DNA of 64,000 nucleotides from a virus. Every line of letters begins with the position of its first letter. Positions within the stretch are counted from its first letter, which is position 1. The stretch covers positions 1 through 64,000 of IMG/VR virus record IMGVR_UViG_3300034110_001237; one strand, 5' to 3'. Shown piece by piece: positions 19,892 through 30,476 of this stretch. Under the pieces are notes generated by a model. It did no database searches. It had not been told where the DNA came from and was given only the letters and a program-made list of their open reading frames with translations. Both the position numbers and the translations under genes were made by a program.

Positions 19892-19969
19892 AAGTAACCT
19901 ATGCAGGTTACTTTTCGAAATGTAACCTAATTAGGCTACTTTAGCGAAAGTAGCCTTCAAAGGCTACTT
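19890..19969. repeat. three tandem palindromes (six copies of A(A/T)GTA(A/G)CCT in alternating orientation)
   Basis: AAAAGTAACCT-ATGC-AGGTTACTTTT / AAATGTAACCT-AATT-AGGCTACTTT / AAAGTAGCCT-TCAA-AGGCTACTT. Confidence 0.8.
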
Positions 19970-19979
19970 AATTATACAT

Positions 19980-20528
19980 TTATATTGTATTTCTATTTTT
20001 TCGCTGATTGCTATCAACTACTGGAATACTTAATGCTTCTTTGTTAATACTCGCTTTGTATGCCATGTCTGACGCTTTGTTGACAAGTGCTGCTATTCCT
20101 TTATATACGGCATACCCAACAACTAATGGGATTGCAATGGCTTGTGCGTTACCTAATGCAGAAAGAACGCTTGATTCAGCTCCTATATCAAACTTACCTT
20201 TAACGCCTAATTTTATCTGTTTGAAACGACCAGCATCCTCACTGTTTGGTAAGCCACTTAGTTGACCCACTCCTGATATGATTTCATTTATTCTATCAGT
20301 TTGTTTGTGAGCAATGGATTCTTTTAAAATATGCATTTGTGTTTTTGAAACATTTACGCCCAATGATTCCATCTGTTCTTTTGCTTTTTTTACAAATAAT
20401 AACCCATCAAGACCTACTAGGCTCCCTTCTTTTGCTTCTTCTTTCTGAATGGATTTTTCAAATTGTTCAACTAGTTTCAATAGTTTATCTTCAACTTGGT
20501 CGGCTGTTCTTGCTTTGAATAGATTCAT
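19980..20528 (-). CDS. hypothetical protein with hydrophobic helix and basic C-terminal tail
   Basis: AIAIPLVVGYAVYKGIAAL; ends NQRKNRNTI. Confidence 0.7.
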   Translation of the reverse strand: MNLFKARTADQVEDKLLKLVEQFEKSIQKEEAKEGSLVGLDGLLFVKKAKEQMESLGVNVSKTQMHILKESIAHKQTDRINEIISGVGQLSGLPNSEDAGRFKQIKLGVKGKFDIGAESSVLSALGNAQAIAIPLVVGYAVYKGIAALVNKASDMAYKASINKEALSIPVVDSNQRKNRNTI

Positions 20529-20645
20529 AATAATTTCTCAGGTCATTTATTATAGTATATCACTCAATACTAAAATACCAAAATAAACCTGACAATCCTT
20601 GTCATTTGTGGTATAATAACACTACTAAAAAATAGGAGATTGACA

Positions 20646-21221
20646 ATGGAACTTGCCTACATTAAAGCGTCTATTTTTTTTGCTCTTGTCATTATTCTGC
20701 CAGTCTTGTATATCATGATACATGAAGGCGTATTTGATTCGAAGAAAAAAACTATCAAAAAGATCAGTAAAGATGGTGAATGTATTGATTTCTTTGATGA
20801 ACTGCTCGCTCATATGTCTGATGTGGTAGGCTCAACACTTGATTATGCGTCCGGTTCTGTTATGCGAGGTCTTGTAATCAAGAATCTATCGCATAAGAAA
20901 CCTTTTAATGGTAAACAATTGGCATGTGCCAGTGTGCAAATTCGCTTTATGTTGAAAATTTATCCAAAGGGTGTTCGTAAGATTGTGGCTTATGTTGAAA
21001 GCAGCTATGGCGAACCACGTTGGGATGGTAAGGAAATGCATTACAATTATCCAATCAATACAGATGAGTTTGAATGCGATGTTAATGATTTTGCTACCAT
21101 GTGGGAATCCATTGTGGCTAAGTGTTATGTAATTGACGTGGACGTAGATGAAACAACAGAACGTGTTAGAAATGGAACTATGTCTTACTGGACTGAAAAG
21201 CGATATGGTCACCTACTTTAA
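20646..21221 (+). CDS. N-terminal TM hypothetical protein
   Basis: AGGAG RBS; TM aa 5-25. Confidence 0.7.
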   Translation: MELAYIKASIFFALVIILPVLYIMIHEGVFDSKKKTIKKISKDGECIDFFDELLAHMSDVVGSTLDYASGSVMRGLVIKNLSHKKPFNGKQLACASVQIRFMLKIYPKGVRKIVAYVESSYGEPRWDGKEMHYNYPINTDEFECDVNDFATMWESIVAKCYVIDVDVDETTERVRNGTMSYWTEKRYGHLL

Positions 21222-21273
21222 GCAAATAGTGAACAATAAAAAAGTGGCTTGGGCCACTTTTTTTATTTCTCTG

Positions 21274-21489
21274 TTACTCTCTAAATTTTTCTGCCATCCT
21301 ATTCGGCATGACATACACACAAAATAGGTATTGTAAACTTAACGCAATCCAATGCATCAAATCCATTTTACCTGCGTCCATGTCTATCATAATGGCTTTA
21401 ACAAAAATAGGAGTCGCCATTGCAAAGCACAATAAGAACGTTATTGTGAATGCTTTGTTTTTGAAAAATTTTTTAATTGATGATAACAT
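21274..21489 (-). CDS. small two-TM membrane protein (tandem paralog 1)
   Basis: TPIF..., AGKM..MH, QYLFC shared with 21500-21709. Confidence 0.75.
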   Translation of the reverse strand: MLSSIKKFFKNKAFTITFLLCFAMATPIFVKAIMIDMDAGKMDLMHWIALSLQYLFCVYVMPNRMAEKFRE

Positions 21490-21499
21490 TTCCTATCTC

Positions 21500-21709
21500 C
21501 TATGAGCCTTGTTTACTGAAAAAACTTGGCAATGATACTATACAAAACAAATATTGCATTACCATAACAGTACCATGCATAACTGTCATTTTACCCGCTT
21601 CTATATCTTCAAGTCCTATTTTAATGAATATAGGTGTTGAAAGCGAAAAACAAATGGCGAAGTATATTCTAAATGTCCTGTTCTTGAATGCATTTTTTAT
21701 AGACTCCAT
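21500..21709 (-). CDS. small two-TM membrane protein (tandem paralog 2)
   Basis: TPIF..., AGKM..MH, QYLFC shared with 21274-21489. Confidence 0.75.
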   Translation of the reverse strand: MESIKNAFKNRTFRIYFAICFSLSTPIFIKIGLEDIEAGKMTVMHGTVMVMQYLFCIVSLPSFFSKQGS

Positions 21710-21829
21710 CGAAAAACCTCTTTTAATAATCTCTTTATTTTACACATTTAAATAGATTTTGTCAATTTGATTTAATCTTTAAAATACTGTATAATAGCTA
21801 CATTATCCACCTATTTAGGAGTTAGCCTT

Positions 21830-22159
21830 ATGAGTTTACTACAAGCCTTCGTTATTTGCTTTATCGCTTATTTGATTTATAAACTTTTATCATCTAGTGG
21901 TGGTGTTCCTAAATCTGTTATTGACCAAATGACTGTCACATTGGCAAAAGGTTTTAAAAAAGTATCTCAAGATCATAAGGAAACTTTGGCTGGATGTTAT
22001 GCTGATTTGCATTCAGGTGATAGTGCTCGCATTGATGCTGCTATTAAAAAACTTGATGATAAATTCAATGAAGAAATTACTGAAGCCGATGAGATAATTG
22101 CGAAACATGAAAAAAATCCAGTGACGGCTACGTCTGATATTTCTACTCAAAAGCCTTAA
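21830..22159 (+). CDS. N-terminal TM hypothetical protein
   Basis: AGGAG RBS; promoter upstream. Confidence 0.7.
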   Translation: MSLLQAFVICFIAYLIYKLLSSSGGVPKSVIDQMTVTLAKGFKKVSQDHKETLAGCYADLHSGDSARIDAAIKKLDDKFNEEITEADEIIAKHEKNPVTATSDISTQKP

Positions 22160-22167
22160 GGATAATT

Positions 22168-22929
22168 ATGATTAGTCAAGGATTCAAAGAAAAAGTTAAA
22201 GAACTGTTGTATCTTTATTACAAAATTCAATGTGATAAGATTGTCTCATTATCAGATATGCTTTACACCATAAATGCTAAAAGTCAGTCAGGCCAAAGCC
22301 TTTATTTAACACTTGATATTTATGGTAATGAATTTGGTTCATCAACATCCACCTATTTTAAAGTGTATATTGATGGAGATGATGTTATTAATCAAAAATT
22401 ATTCATGATTGATAAAATTCAAAATGCCATGAATAAATCTTTGGAACTTTTAAAATCTGTTAAAGCCTGCAGCATTAATTCTTTAAAATTAGATAGTCGT
22501 AATGAAAAGTATGTACTTCTCTCAGGTGGTTGCTCTATGGGACGAAGTTATATGAATATTACATACACTATCCCATACTCAGAAGACAATGGTCTTACTT
22601 TGCTTGGTAATAATTCGCTTTACAACATAGCTGACATTGATATGAAAGTTTTTGACTGCAATTTTAAAGTATTAGATGAAGCAAAATCTTTTGTTTCTAG
22701 CAATTACTTGACAGATTTCAACTGTAATTTAAAAGATGGTAATCAAACGGACTTAGACGATTATCTTCTGAAAATTATTGTCTGTTATGATTTGGCACTT
22801 TACAGCTATAATTTTACAGACGTAGAGACATTAAATTTTTTCAAAGGTTTAAAATACGACTTAATTTCTTATGAAAATGTTGAATATATAAAAGATTTCT
22901 ATACAGTCATTAGCATGGTTGAAGTTTGA
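22168..22929 (+). CDS. MxxI-tail family protein
   Basis: ends TVISMVEV. Confidence 0.72.
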   Translation: MISQGFKEKVKELLYLYYKIQCDKIVSLSDMLYTINAKSQSGQSLYLTLDIYGNEFGSSTSTYFKVYIDGDDVINQKLFMIDKIQNAMNKSLELLKSVKACSINSLKLDSRNEKYVLLSGGCSMGRSYMNITYTIPYSEDNGLTLLGNNSLYNIADIDMKVFDCNFKVLDEAKSFVSSNYLTDFNCNLKDGNQTDLDDYLLKIIVCYDLALYSYNFTDVETLNFFKGLKYDLISYENVEYIKDFYTVISMVEV

Positions 22930-23057
22930 TGATAAGTTATTCATCGGCAGATATTAGAGTTAAATTTTAATTGAATTAAAAAAGGTACTTAGGTGCCTTT
23001 TTTCTTTTAAAACTATTTAATTATGTTATAATTATATTATTAACAAAAAAAGTATTC

Positions 23058-24884
23058 ATGGATATATTATTAGCAGATAGATTGAGATCTTACTCATTAG
23101 GTCACAGCATATACAGTTTAGAAGCCTTTCATTCCGAAGTTTTTGCATTGGGTGGTTTTGAAGAGTTTTTTGAAAAAAACTATGGCAGTCAAAATCGTTT
23201 TCTTGATGATTTAAGTCATGGAATTGTAAGTCATCGTGTTAAAAAAATGCAATTATTTGAAGATTCTGTTAATGAGCCAGAAGGATTCAAAAAAGGTGAC
23301 GCAGTTCATGACATTAAAAAATTAAACTTGTTACAAATTTTCACACCGTTTGAAAAAAAGAAATTTAAAATAGGTACTGATATTATTTTTCATCAATGGT
23401 TGATGGAAGCTCAAAAGCACGGTGTGGATATCAGCGAAGAACATAATAGATTTATTGCTTTACAACATAAAGCGTTTGAATCCATTAAAAAAGTTGAACA
23501 ACACAAACGAATTTTTGATACTGCTGTTTTCAAAACGTCTAATATACAACAGTCTTTTGATTCAAAAGCTAATGATAATGGGAGAGTTACAGATCTTATT
23601 AAATATTACTCAGATAACTTAGGCTATTTAACAATAAATTCACTTTGCAATTTAGCCAGCACTGGTGGTTATGGATTACTTAATCTTAAAAATGAGTTCA
23701 ATGACATCACTATGTCCATTGTTCAAAAAATCCGTCAAGAACAGCCTTATGCTTATGGTTCTTTAGCAGAAACTTATTCTCAGTTTCTTAAAAATGGAAC
23801 TGGCCCATTAACGTCTTTCTTCGCTACTAAACTAGACAGTGCAATGGATCATAATTTGGAGTTGAGCAAGGCTCAGTCTATTAAAAGAGCATCACTCTTT
23901 GTTGATGGTAGTATTTTGTTTATAGATAAAAATGACCAACATATCATTCCAGAGAATAGCCATGAATTAAAAAAATATATTACTCAATTCAATTTGGATT
24001 TGATTGATTTTAAATTTAGAAAACAACCTACCTTTGGTAAAATATTTAAAAATAAATTTCTTGAGGATCAGGACAATATCAATATCACATTATCAACCGC
24101 TAATTCATTCTTGATTAATTATGATATCTTGAAACAAATTAAATTTGATAAAAACATTCTGGATAAGGACTTTGAATCGATTAACGACTACATTGAAAAC
24201 TCTGTTAAAACTTATAAAGTGTATAAATATGCAAATAGCATATTAAGCTCTAAAAACAAACATTTAATGACAGAGAGTGCTTATCCATTTTTTGAAAAAT
24301 TTTATGATGAAAAACTTAAAGATGATTTTATTCAAGAGTATATTGGTAAAAAGCTCTCCATGTTAACAACACCAGAAGAGTTTACGGCGTTTGTAAAAAA
24401 CGTTCATGATAAACTTTATGATTTTGGTAAGCATGCCACTATTGCGTTACTTGATTCTATTGATAAGAAGGCTCTTGAATTAAATGACAAAGAAGGCATT
24501 GTTCATATTGAAACCTTTGCAGAAAGTAGAAAACTAGGTACAAGCAACTGGTGTATTTCTCGTAACAGTAGTTATTTTGATGATTACGTCAAAAATGACA
24601 GAAGACAGTATTTCTTTTATGACTATACCAAAGAATCCAGTGACACCATGTCTATGATTGGTATTACAATAAGAGAAGATGGTTTAATCCATGCTGCTCA
24701 TAAAAAGAATGATGATTCTGTTAAATATCATAGTTCAATGGATGAATTGAGATTGAAAATTATTTGTTTGGATTACGATTTCTATAAAGACAACTTAGAT
24801 GAAACACTCAAAAAAGAAGTTGAAGCTGAGTTACAACAAAGAGAACGTAAGAAAACAAGAACACTTAAAAATAATAGTATCTAA
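23058..24884 (+). CDS. large protein with C-terminal PcfJ-like (GTxxWCI) domain and basic tail
   Basis: ESRKLGTSNWCISR...YFDDY...QYFFYD; ends RERKKTRTLKNNSI. Confidence 0.6.
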   Translation: MDILLADRLRSYSLGHSIYSLEAFHSEVFALGGFEEFFEKNYGSQNRFLDDLSHGIVSHRVKKMQLFEDSVNEPEGFKKGDAVHDIKKLNLLQIFTPFEKKKFKIGTDIIFHQWLMEAQKHGVDISEEHNRFIALQHKAFESIKKVEQHKRIFDTAVFKTSNIQQSFDSKANDNGRVTDLIKYYSDNLGYLTINSLCNLASTGGYGLLNLKNEFNDITMSIVQKIRQEQPYAYGSLAETYSQFLKNGTGPLTSFFATKLDSAMDHNLELSKAQSIKRASLFVDGSILFIDKNDQHIIPENSHELKKYITQFNLDLIDFKFRKQPTFGKIFKNKFLEDQDNINITLSTANSFLINYDILKQIKFDKNILDKDFESINDYIENSVKTYKVYKYANSILSSKNKHLMTESAYPFFEKFYDEKLKDDFIQEYIGKKLSMLTTPEEFTAFVKNVHDKLYDFGKHATIALLDSIDKKALELNDKEGIVHIETFAESRKLGTSNWCISRNSSYFDDYVKNDRRQYFFYDYTKESSDTMSMIGITIREDGLIHAAHKKNDDSVKYHSSMDELRLKIICLDYDFYKDNLDETLKKEVEAELQQRERKKTRTLKNNSI

Positions 24885-24895
24885 TTGAGGAAGAT

Positions 24896-26614
24896 ATGGA
24901 AATTAATGATTATTTAAAAATAGCCAATGAATATGCAGTTAAGCATAATAAAACTGATGATTTTATTGTAATAGGACTCTATAAACTCATGCAAGAAACT
25001 GATTTGAACCGTGTGTATGCTCACACGTTGTTAAGTCAGCATGGGGATAATTCATTTGGATTTACAACACCACAAAGCAACCCAGTCAGTAGTGGTGTTC
25101 AAACACTCACACGTATTGTGACTGACCCATCAGGAAAAACGGGGACAACTGTTTATTCAGTGGATAGAGACAACAACAGCAATGTTAGTGATATTTTTTT
25201 TGGCAGTGAACACGATCATGATTTGGTGAAAAGGTTTAATGATGACTTACAAAGTGTAGACAGTTTATTTGATTTAAAAGATGTGTATACCTTTGATGAA
25301 ATAAGTCGTATCAAACATTTAACAGCAGCTAATCTTTCTACTGGATTGGCATTAGAGTTGATTTCTCAAAATAATGAATCCTTTGAAACTGGTAAATATA
25401 ATACTATTCAACAATCCTATTTTAATCAAATTTCCTTAGCTGAAGAATTAAACTATGGTAAAAGTCAAAAATTTGATTTTTTCTCAAAAGATCCACTTTA
25501 TGAATTAATGCACTTAGATGTTGATCTACCACTTACACCAGAAGGTTTTTTTGAGCATTTAAATCCAACTGCACAAGCTAAGATTATTGAGATTTCAGGT
25601 TTTGGTCACATTACGTTTATTGAAGAAGTTTTTCAGGATTTGATTGACAGTAATTCACCGTTTATTACTGATTCCTTTGTAGGTTCTTTATTCACGTTAG
25701 ATTCACTTCGTGATGTAGTTCTTTCTTATTATGATTACAATGAATTAGATGATTTGAAATTTGAATTTAGCTTAATGACTGATAGATTCTTGTCCAACCC
25801 AACTATTGAACAACTTTTGGAAAGTGACGAGAAATTTGCTAATGTGGATGATATGCTGATGTATGTCTATGCCAAACACCCAGAATTGAATTATTCTATT
25901 CAGGATATTTCTATCATTACAGATAAAGAAATAGAAGATCGTAAGGAAGTGATAGAACATCAAGTAGATAAATTCCATATGTATGAATCAGTCAGAGAAA
26001 TTAGTGATCTTGGCCCCGATCAAAGTGCTAGAAAAACATTCTTGTCTAAATTTAAAATGTATGGTGAAGACATCTTAAAACGTGGTGATCACAGAATGCG
26101 TTTTATTTCTAGTAATCAATTTGCTGCAGATGCTGTATTATCGGCTAGCTATTATTTCGATGAATCTGTTCATAATGAAATATTGATTGATGCTGTTACC
26201 ATTAATCCACAATTATCTGATCAACATATTGCTGAGCTTTTTGACGCTGTTGTAGATTATGCACAAAAGAATAAAAGCATTTTGATGTTGACTTATGATA
26301 AGAAAACACCTTGGGGTGGTATCGATAAAGATCGTTTAATTAATATTGTGAATTCAGTGGTTGAGCAATCTTCTGATAAAGTTCCTTTCCTTTGTAACTT
26401 TGGTGCAGAAAAAGATAGACATCACTATGCATGTAATTACCTTGTAAACACAGACACGATGAAATATGAAGAATTGCCAAAATTGTTTGACCAATTGAAA
26501 ACGTTTATTGACAGTCACCCTGACCTTGATGATTTGCAACTAGAATTAAAAATGGACGAATTCATTGCCAAAGAACGCAATAAATTAAAAATAGATAACA
26601 AAGCAACGATTTGA
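24896..26614 (+). CDS. large acidic hypothetical protein with basic C-terminal tail
   Basis: 572 aa; GAGG RBS; ends KERNKLKIDNKATI. Confidence 0.75.
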   Translation: MEINDYLKIANEYAVKHNKTDDFIVIGLYKLMQETDLNRVYAHTLLSQHGDNSFGFTTPQSNPVSSGVQTLTRIVTDPSGKTGTTVYSVDRDNNSNVSDIFFGSEHDHDLVKRFNDDLQSVDSLFDLKDVYTFDEISRIKHLTAANLSTGLALELISQNNESFETGKYNTIQQSYFNQISLAEELNYGKSQKFDFFSKDPLYELMHLDVDLPLTPEGFFEHLNPTAQAKIIEISGFGHITFIEEVFQDLIDSNSPFITDSFVGSLFTLDSLRDVVLSYYDYNELDDLKFEFSLMTDRFLSNPTIEQLLESDEKFANVDDMLMYVYAKHPELNYSIQDISIITDKEIEDRKEVIEHQVDKFHMYESVREISDLGPDQSARKTFLSKFKMYGEDILKRGDHRMRFISSNQFAADAVLSASYYFDESVHNEILIDAVTINPQLSDQHIAELFDAVVDYAQKNKSILMLTYDKKTPWGGIDKDRLINIVNSVVEQSSDKVPFLCNFGAEKDRHHYACNYLVNTDTMKYEELPKLFDQLKTFIDSHPDLDDLQLELKMDEFIAKERNKLKIDNKATI

Positions 26615-26665
26615 CGAATAAAAAAAAGAGAACATTGGTTCTCTTTTTTATTACTCTCATTTAAA

Positions 26666-27043
26666 TCAACCGATTTGAGACACGATAGTCAATGTAGGTT
26701 CCTTACTGACAACTCCATATTTTTCAAGCAACGGCTTAGCAAATTCGTTGAAAACTTCAATGCTATCTATTAATTGATGACTTGGTTCTTCTGGTTTGTT
26801 TAAATACTGTTTAATCTCATTTCTATCTTCTGTAATCGCCACACCTAGAAAATGTGGGACGGATGGATCTTCATCATACACATAACCGACTTCTTTATAC
26901 ATGTTCTGACTGTCAGTAAACATCAAGACTTCATTATCTTCGTCATAATTATCGTCTTCGTAAATATCCTTATACAACGCAGTGGCTTGCTGGTGCGTTA
27001 ATGGAACGGCTAGAATTAAAATATCTGTTTTGTTAACACTCAT
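26666..27043 (-). CDS. acidic hypothetical protein
   Basis: AGGAG RBS on minus strand. Confidence 0.7.
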   Translation of the reverse strand: MSVNKTDILILAVPLTHQQATALYKDIYEDDNYDEDNEVLMFTDSQNMYKEVGYVYDEDPSVPHFLGVAITEDRNEIKQYLNKPEEPSHQLIDSIEVFNEFAKPLLEKYGVVSKEPTLTIVSQIG

Positions 27044-27223
27044 AATTAGGCTCCTGTATATTGATAGACAACGTAGCTCTTGATCATACTTAGGTTTAAT
27101 CTATAAGTCAATGTATTTTTGTCTTTATACCACTTTTTTATAACAAAAAAACCTATGCTTTTTCTTTTACTCTCAATATTTTCGTGTTATAATAAGTACA
27201 TCGAAAACAACGAGGGTTTACCA

Positions 27224-27421
27224 ATGACTAACAAAACCATTGATGTTACCAAAATTGCTTGCCAACTTGAAGAAAAAACACTCGAAATCAACAAAATTGA
27301 TGAATTGATTTCTCGTGAGAAAAAAGAGAGCTGCATTAGCACTTTCAAAGTTGCTCGTAAAATTGCTTTCAAAGAGCTTAAAAAGCTTGAAAAAATTCTT
27401 CAAAAGAACGTATTCGCTTGA
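27224..27421 (+). CDS. small helical hypothetical protein
   Basis: GAGGG RBS, ATG 27224. Confidence 0.6.
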   Translation: MTNKTIDVTKIACQLEEKTLEINKIDELISREKKESCISTFKVARKIAFKELKKLEKILQKNVFA

Positions 27422-28311
27422 ACATGCCGTTATTCGACAACATTAAAACACTCGATAAGCGTCCTCATCTCACTGTAGAGCAGCACGCTTATTTTCGATC
27501 TATGCTTCTCAATTCTTTTGTGGCGATTAACAATAACCCAGCCATGACAGAAGAAGCTATTTCACAAAAACTTGTTCTTGTTGAAGATCTTACTGTTGTT
27601 AAACGAGAACTTCGACACAAAAAACTATTGATTGAAATTCATTATCTTTTTAATAATGTTCCATTTTTGTTAGAAGTCTATGCATATTTCGATAAAGCTG
27701 GTGATTATCTTCATTATCTAGTTTTAGATGGTGAGCCTACTGGTTCGAGTGTTAACCATGTTCTTGATTTGTTGCCTATCCATCGCGGCGATTTTAGCAT
27801 TCAATTAGATATCGGCACTAATCCTATCTACTCTACCAGTGGTAAAGAAAACCGCTATATGGCTCAATTTGCTAATGTTTTTAATTTTGAAGAACAGAAA
27901 AACATTCCCCACTTAACCGTTAACTATGAAATTCATAATAAAGCCATTGTTAGGAAATATTTAAAATATAAGAAAGGCTGTTCTTGGGAAAGAGTAAGAG
28001 ATTGTGATTTTAATATCGAGCATGAACCTTACTTTATTGATTTCATGAATTTATTGTTTTCAGGTGAATCTGCACTCATCAATCATTATATTCATAGTAA
28101 ATTTTTTAATCATTATGATAGATTGAATGGTTTTATTCTGTCTTCACTGGATAGCGTGTTAATGAATCTACATAATCATCCAGATATTCTTGACTCTACT
28201 GTTTCTCTTGCTTTAAAAGGAGCTGGTGACCTTTTCATTGCTATTATGGATAGTCCACTTAAAAATGAGCTTATTGATGAATTAAAACTGTATGAAATGG
28301 CAACCTATTAA
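27418..28311 (+). CDS. MxxI-tail family protein, group C
   Basis: ends ELKLYEMATY. Confidence 0.75.
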   Translation: MNMPLFDNIKTLDKRPHLTVEQHAYFRSMLLNSFVAINNNPAMTEEAISQKLVLVEDLTVVKRELRHKKLLIEIHYLFNNVPFLLEVYAYFDKAGDYLHYLVLDGEPTGSSVNHVLDLLPIHRGDFSIQLDIGTNPIYSTSGKENRYMAQFANVFNFEEQKNIPHLTVNYEIHNKAIVRKYLKYKKGCSWERVRDCDFNIEHEPYFIDFMNLLFSGESALINHYIHSKFFNHYDRLNGFILSSLDSVLMNLHNHPDILDSTVSLALKGAGDLFIAIMDSPLKNELIDELKLYEMATY

Positions 28312-28375
28312 ACATTGAGTTACCATCAGGTTTGTGCTATACTTGATGGTATATTTTTATAAAGGTTTCTTTCCC

Positions 28376-29584
28376 ATGTCATTATCCCTTATTGAACAAT
28401 TCGTCACTGTTGATCAGATTGAATCTGTTATTGATTCATTGCCTTTGAATAAAGTTAACCTTATTTCTGATAGCGGTGATGTTACGTTCAAAGATGACAA
28501 CATTGCTGGGTTTCGCCAACAAAATTTTAAAATCATGTTTAACACTTTGCAAGAAAGCCTAATCTTTATGTTTTCTAACTTCTCTTTGTCTGAGATTAAA
28601 AGCATTGAATCTATGATGCAATTTTATGTTCGGTTGTTTCCCTATGACTTAATGGTCGAAGCCAATAAAACACCAGAAACTGTTGTGACCATGTATCGAC
28701 GGGACGATTCATGCATTATCAACTTCAAGCTGTTTTCAATTGCTTATCGTTACAATAAATGGTTATTTCAAATCAATGATAAGTATAACAATGATATAAA
28801 GATGTATGACATGAGCTTTAAATCATTGCAAATGGCCATCATCACTGCCATTGATACTATGTTTCTGGATATTTTTAGAGATACATCACTTGTTATCAAT
28901 AATCAACTCGCTCTCACTGTTGCAAACAATCAAACCAATTTTGGTTTCAGCACTATGCGTTATAAACATCTGTTTACCTATGAAACTGATATGTCTTTTG
29001 CCATGCATATTAAAGACTATGATAATTTTCATGTGGTGACAGACAAAAATGTTAAGTCTCGGATTGTGCCAAGGGATGTCATGGTGGTGTCTGGCAACCA
29101 GCGAGTGGAACATAATATTTTGAATGTTGCTAAATTAACTGAAACGCATATTTCTATTCATAATGAATCTATCGAATTGATGGATAAATTATTCAGTGTT
29201 ACTTTTTCTCCTGTTGAATTAGAGTATTTAAAAAAGACCTTCGAAGTTATGCGACTTTCTGATTGTTGCTATCCACGTCAACCTGATACCGAAATACAGA
29301 TTATCAGAGCCAATACTGGAAAGAAAACTATTTTCAATCTAATTCGAGAAAAAATTCCTTTTCAATTTAGAACAGGACGACATAGTGTTTCCATTAGTTC
29401 ATCTATATCAATCGGATTCTATATTGAAGATGAATACCTTTCATGTCAAAAAATTAAGTCCTTTAAAGATGCCTATCATTTGTGCTACAATAAGTTCATT
29501 GAACATGTGAGTAAAACATTCGACATTCCACCAGAAGAAGTAACTGAACTTCATTTTAAAACACTAGAAATGTCTAGTTATTAG
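28376..29584 (+). CDS. MxxI-tail family protein
   Basis: ends FKTLEMSSY. Confidence 0.75.
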   Translation: MSLSLIEQFVTVDQIESVIDSLPLNKVNLISDSGDVTFKDDNIAGFRQQNFKIMFNTLQESLIFMFSNFSLSEIKSIESMMQFYVRLFPYDLMVEANKTPETVVTMYRRDDSCIINFKLFSIAYRYNKWLFQINDKYNNDIKMYDMSFKSLQMAIITAIDTMFLDIFRDTSLVINNQLALTVANNQTNFGFSTMRYKHLFTYETDMSFAMHIKDYDNFHVVTDKNVKSRIVPRDVMVVSGNQRVEHNILNVAKLTETHISIHNESIELMDKLFSVTFSPVELEYLKKTFEVMRLSDCCYPRQPDTEIQIIRANTGKKTIFNLIREKIPFQFRTGRHSVSISSSISIGFYIEDEYLSCQKIKSFKDAYHLCYNKFIEHVSKTFDIPPEEVTELHFKTLEMSSY

Positions 29585-29594
29585 GAGCTATTTT

Positions 29595-30398
29595 ATGTTT
29601 ACATTTCAGAAGTTTCAACAATGTGCCGCTTTAACTGAATTGACAGATAAACAAATTTCTAAAATTACGGCTAAACTGGCTGTTCATTTGTCTAAATACA
29701 ATAATAATCCTGATATTTCTTTGGAATATTTGTTGCGTAACTTAAAGATAGATCCAACATCAGTTCAAGTTAGTAAAAATGATAATCCATCGCGGCCTTT
29801 TGTTTTTATTGATGTCAACTTCATGTTAAATTCTACCTTGATTGAGACTCGTGTATCGGCTGAATTTAACAATTCTTCTTGTTATATTCCTTATACCTAC
29901 AGTCATTTTGAAATTGCTGTTCAGCGTACTGAACGGTCTGAACTGTATTCTGTCTTAGGTCTTTATCGACCAAAAGTAGGTGTCAGTTATTTTTATCTTT
30001 CAGAATATGATAAGGAAGCTGTTTGCACTGTATCAGTAAGAGATGCTTTTAAGTTTTCACACTATTTTTCACCGACTCGTAACCGTTTCCATATTGAATA
30101 CAAGATGAAAAAAGGGAAACTTTTTTCCAGTTCAATTATTAACGATGAAAATGATGATTACATCACTTACAAAAACAAACTATTGTCTGCAGAAGATGAA
30201 ACAGCGTATATCAATTTTGCAAACCTTGCCTACACTAAGGATTCAGAGTGGGTTAACTCTTTTGTCAAAAATAGCATCAATTTTAAAAAGATGGATTGCT
30301 TTGCTGAATTGAAAAATATTTTCTTGTCTCTTTATGAAGGTGAACATCGAGAAATGATTATCAATGAATTAAAAATTTTTGAAATGTATTACATCTAG
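29595..30398 (+). CDS. MxxI-tail family protein, group C
   Basis: AGGAG RBS; ends ELKIFEMYYI. Confidence 0.75.
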   Translation: MFTFQKFQQCAALTELTDKQISKITAKLAVHLSKYNNNPDISLEYLLRNLKIDPTSVQVSKNDNPSRPFVFIDVNFMLNSTLIETRVSAEFNNSSCYIPYTYSHFEIAVQRTERSELYSVLGLYRPKVGVSYFYLSEYDKEAVCTVSVRDAFKFSHYFSPTRNRFHIEYKMKKGKLFSSSIINDENDDYITYKNKLLSAEDETAYINFANLAYTKDSEWVNSFVKNSINFKKMDCFAELKNIFLSLYEGEHREMIINELKIFEMYYI

Positions 30399-30476
30399 TC
30401 AGTCTAAAAACTTTTGTTGTGAATAATCCTAATTTGTAGTATAATAGACTCATTCAAAATGATAGAGGCTTTTACC

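Noticed and set aside
19890-19969. CRISPR array
   Set aside because: The repeats are 9-11 bp, inverted, with 2-4 nt spacers; no cas genes.
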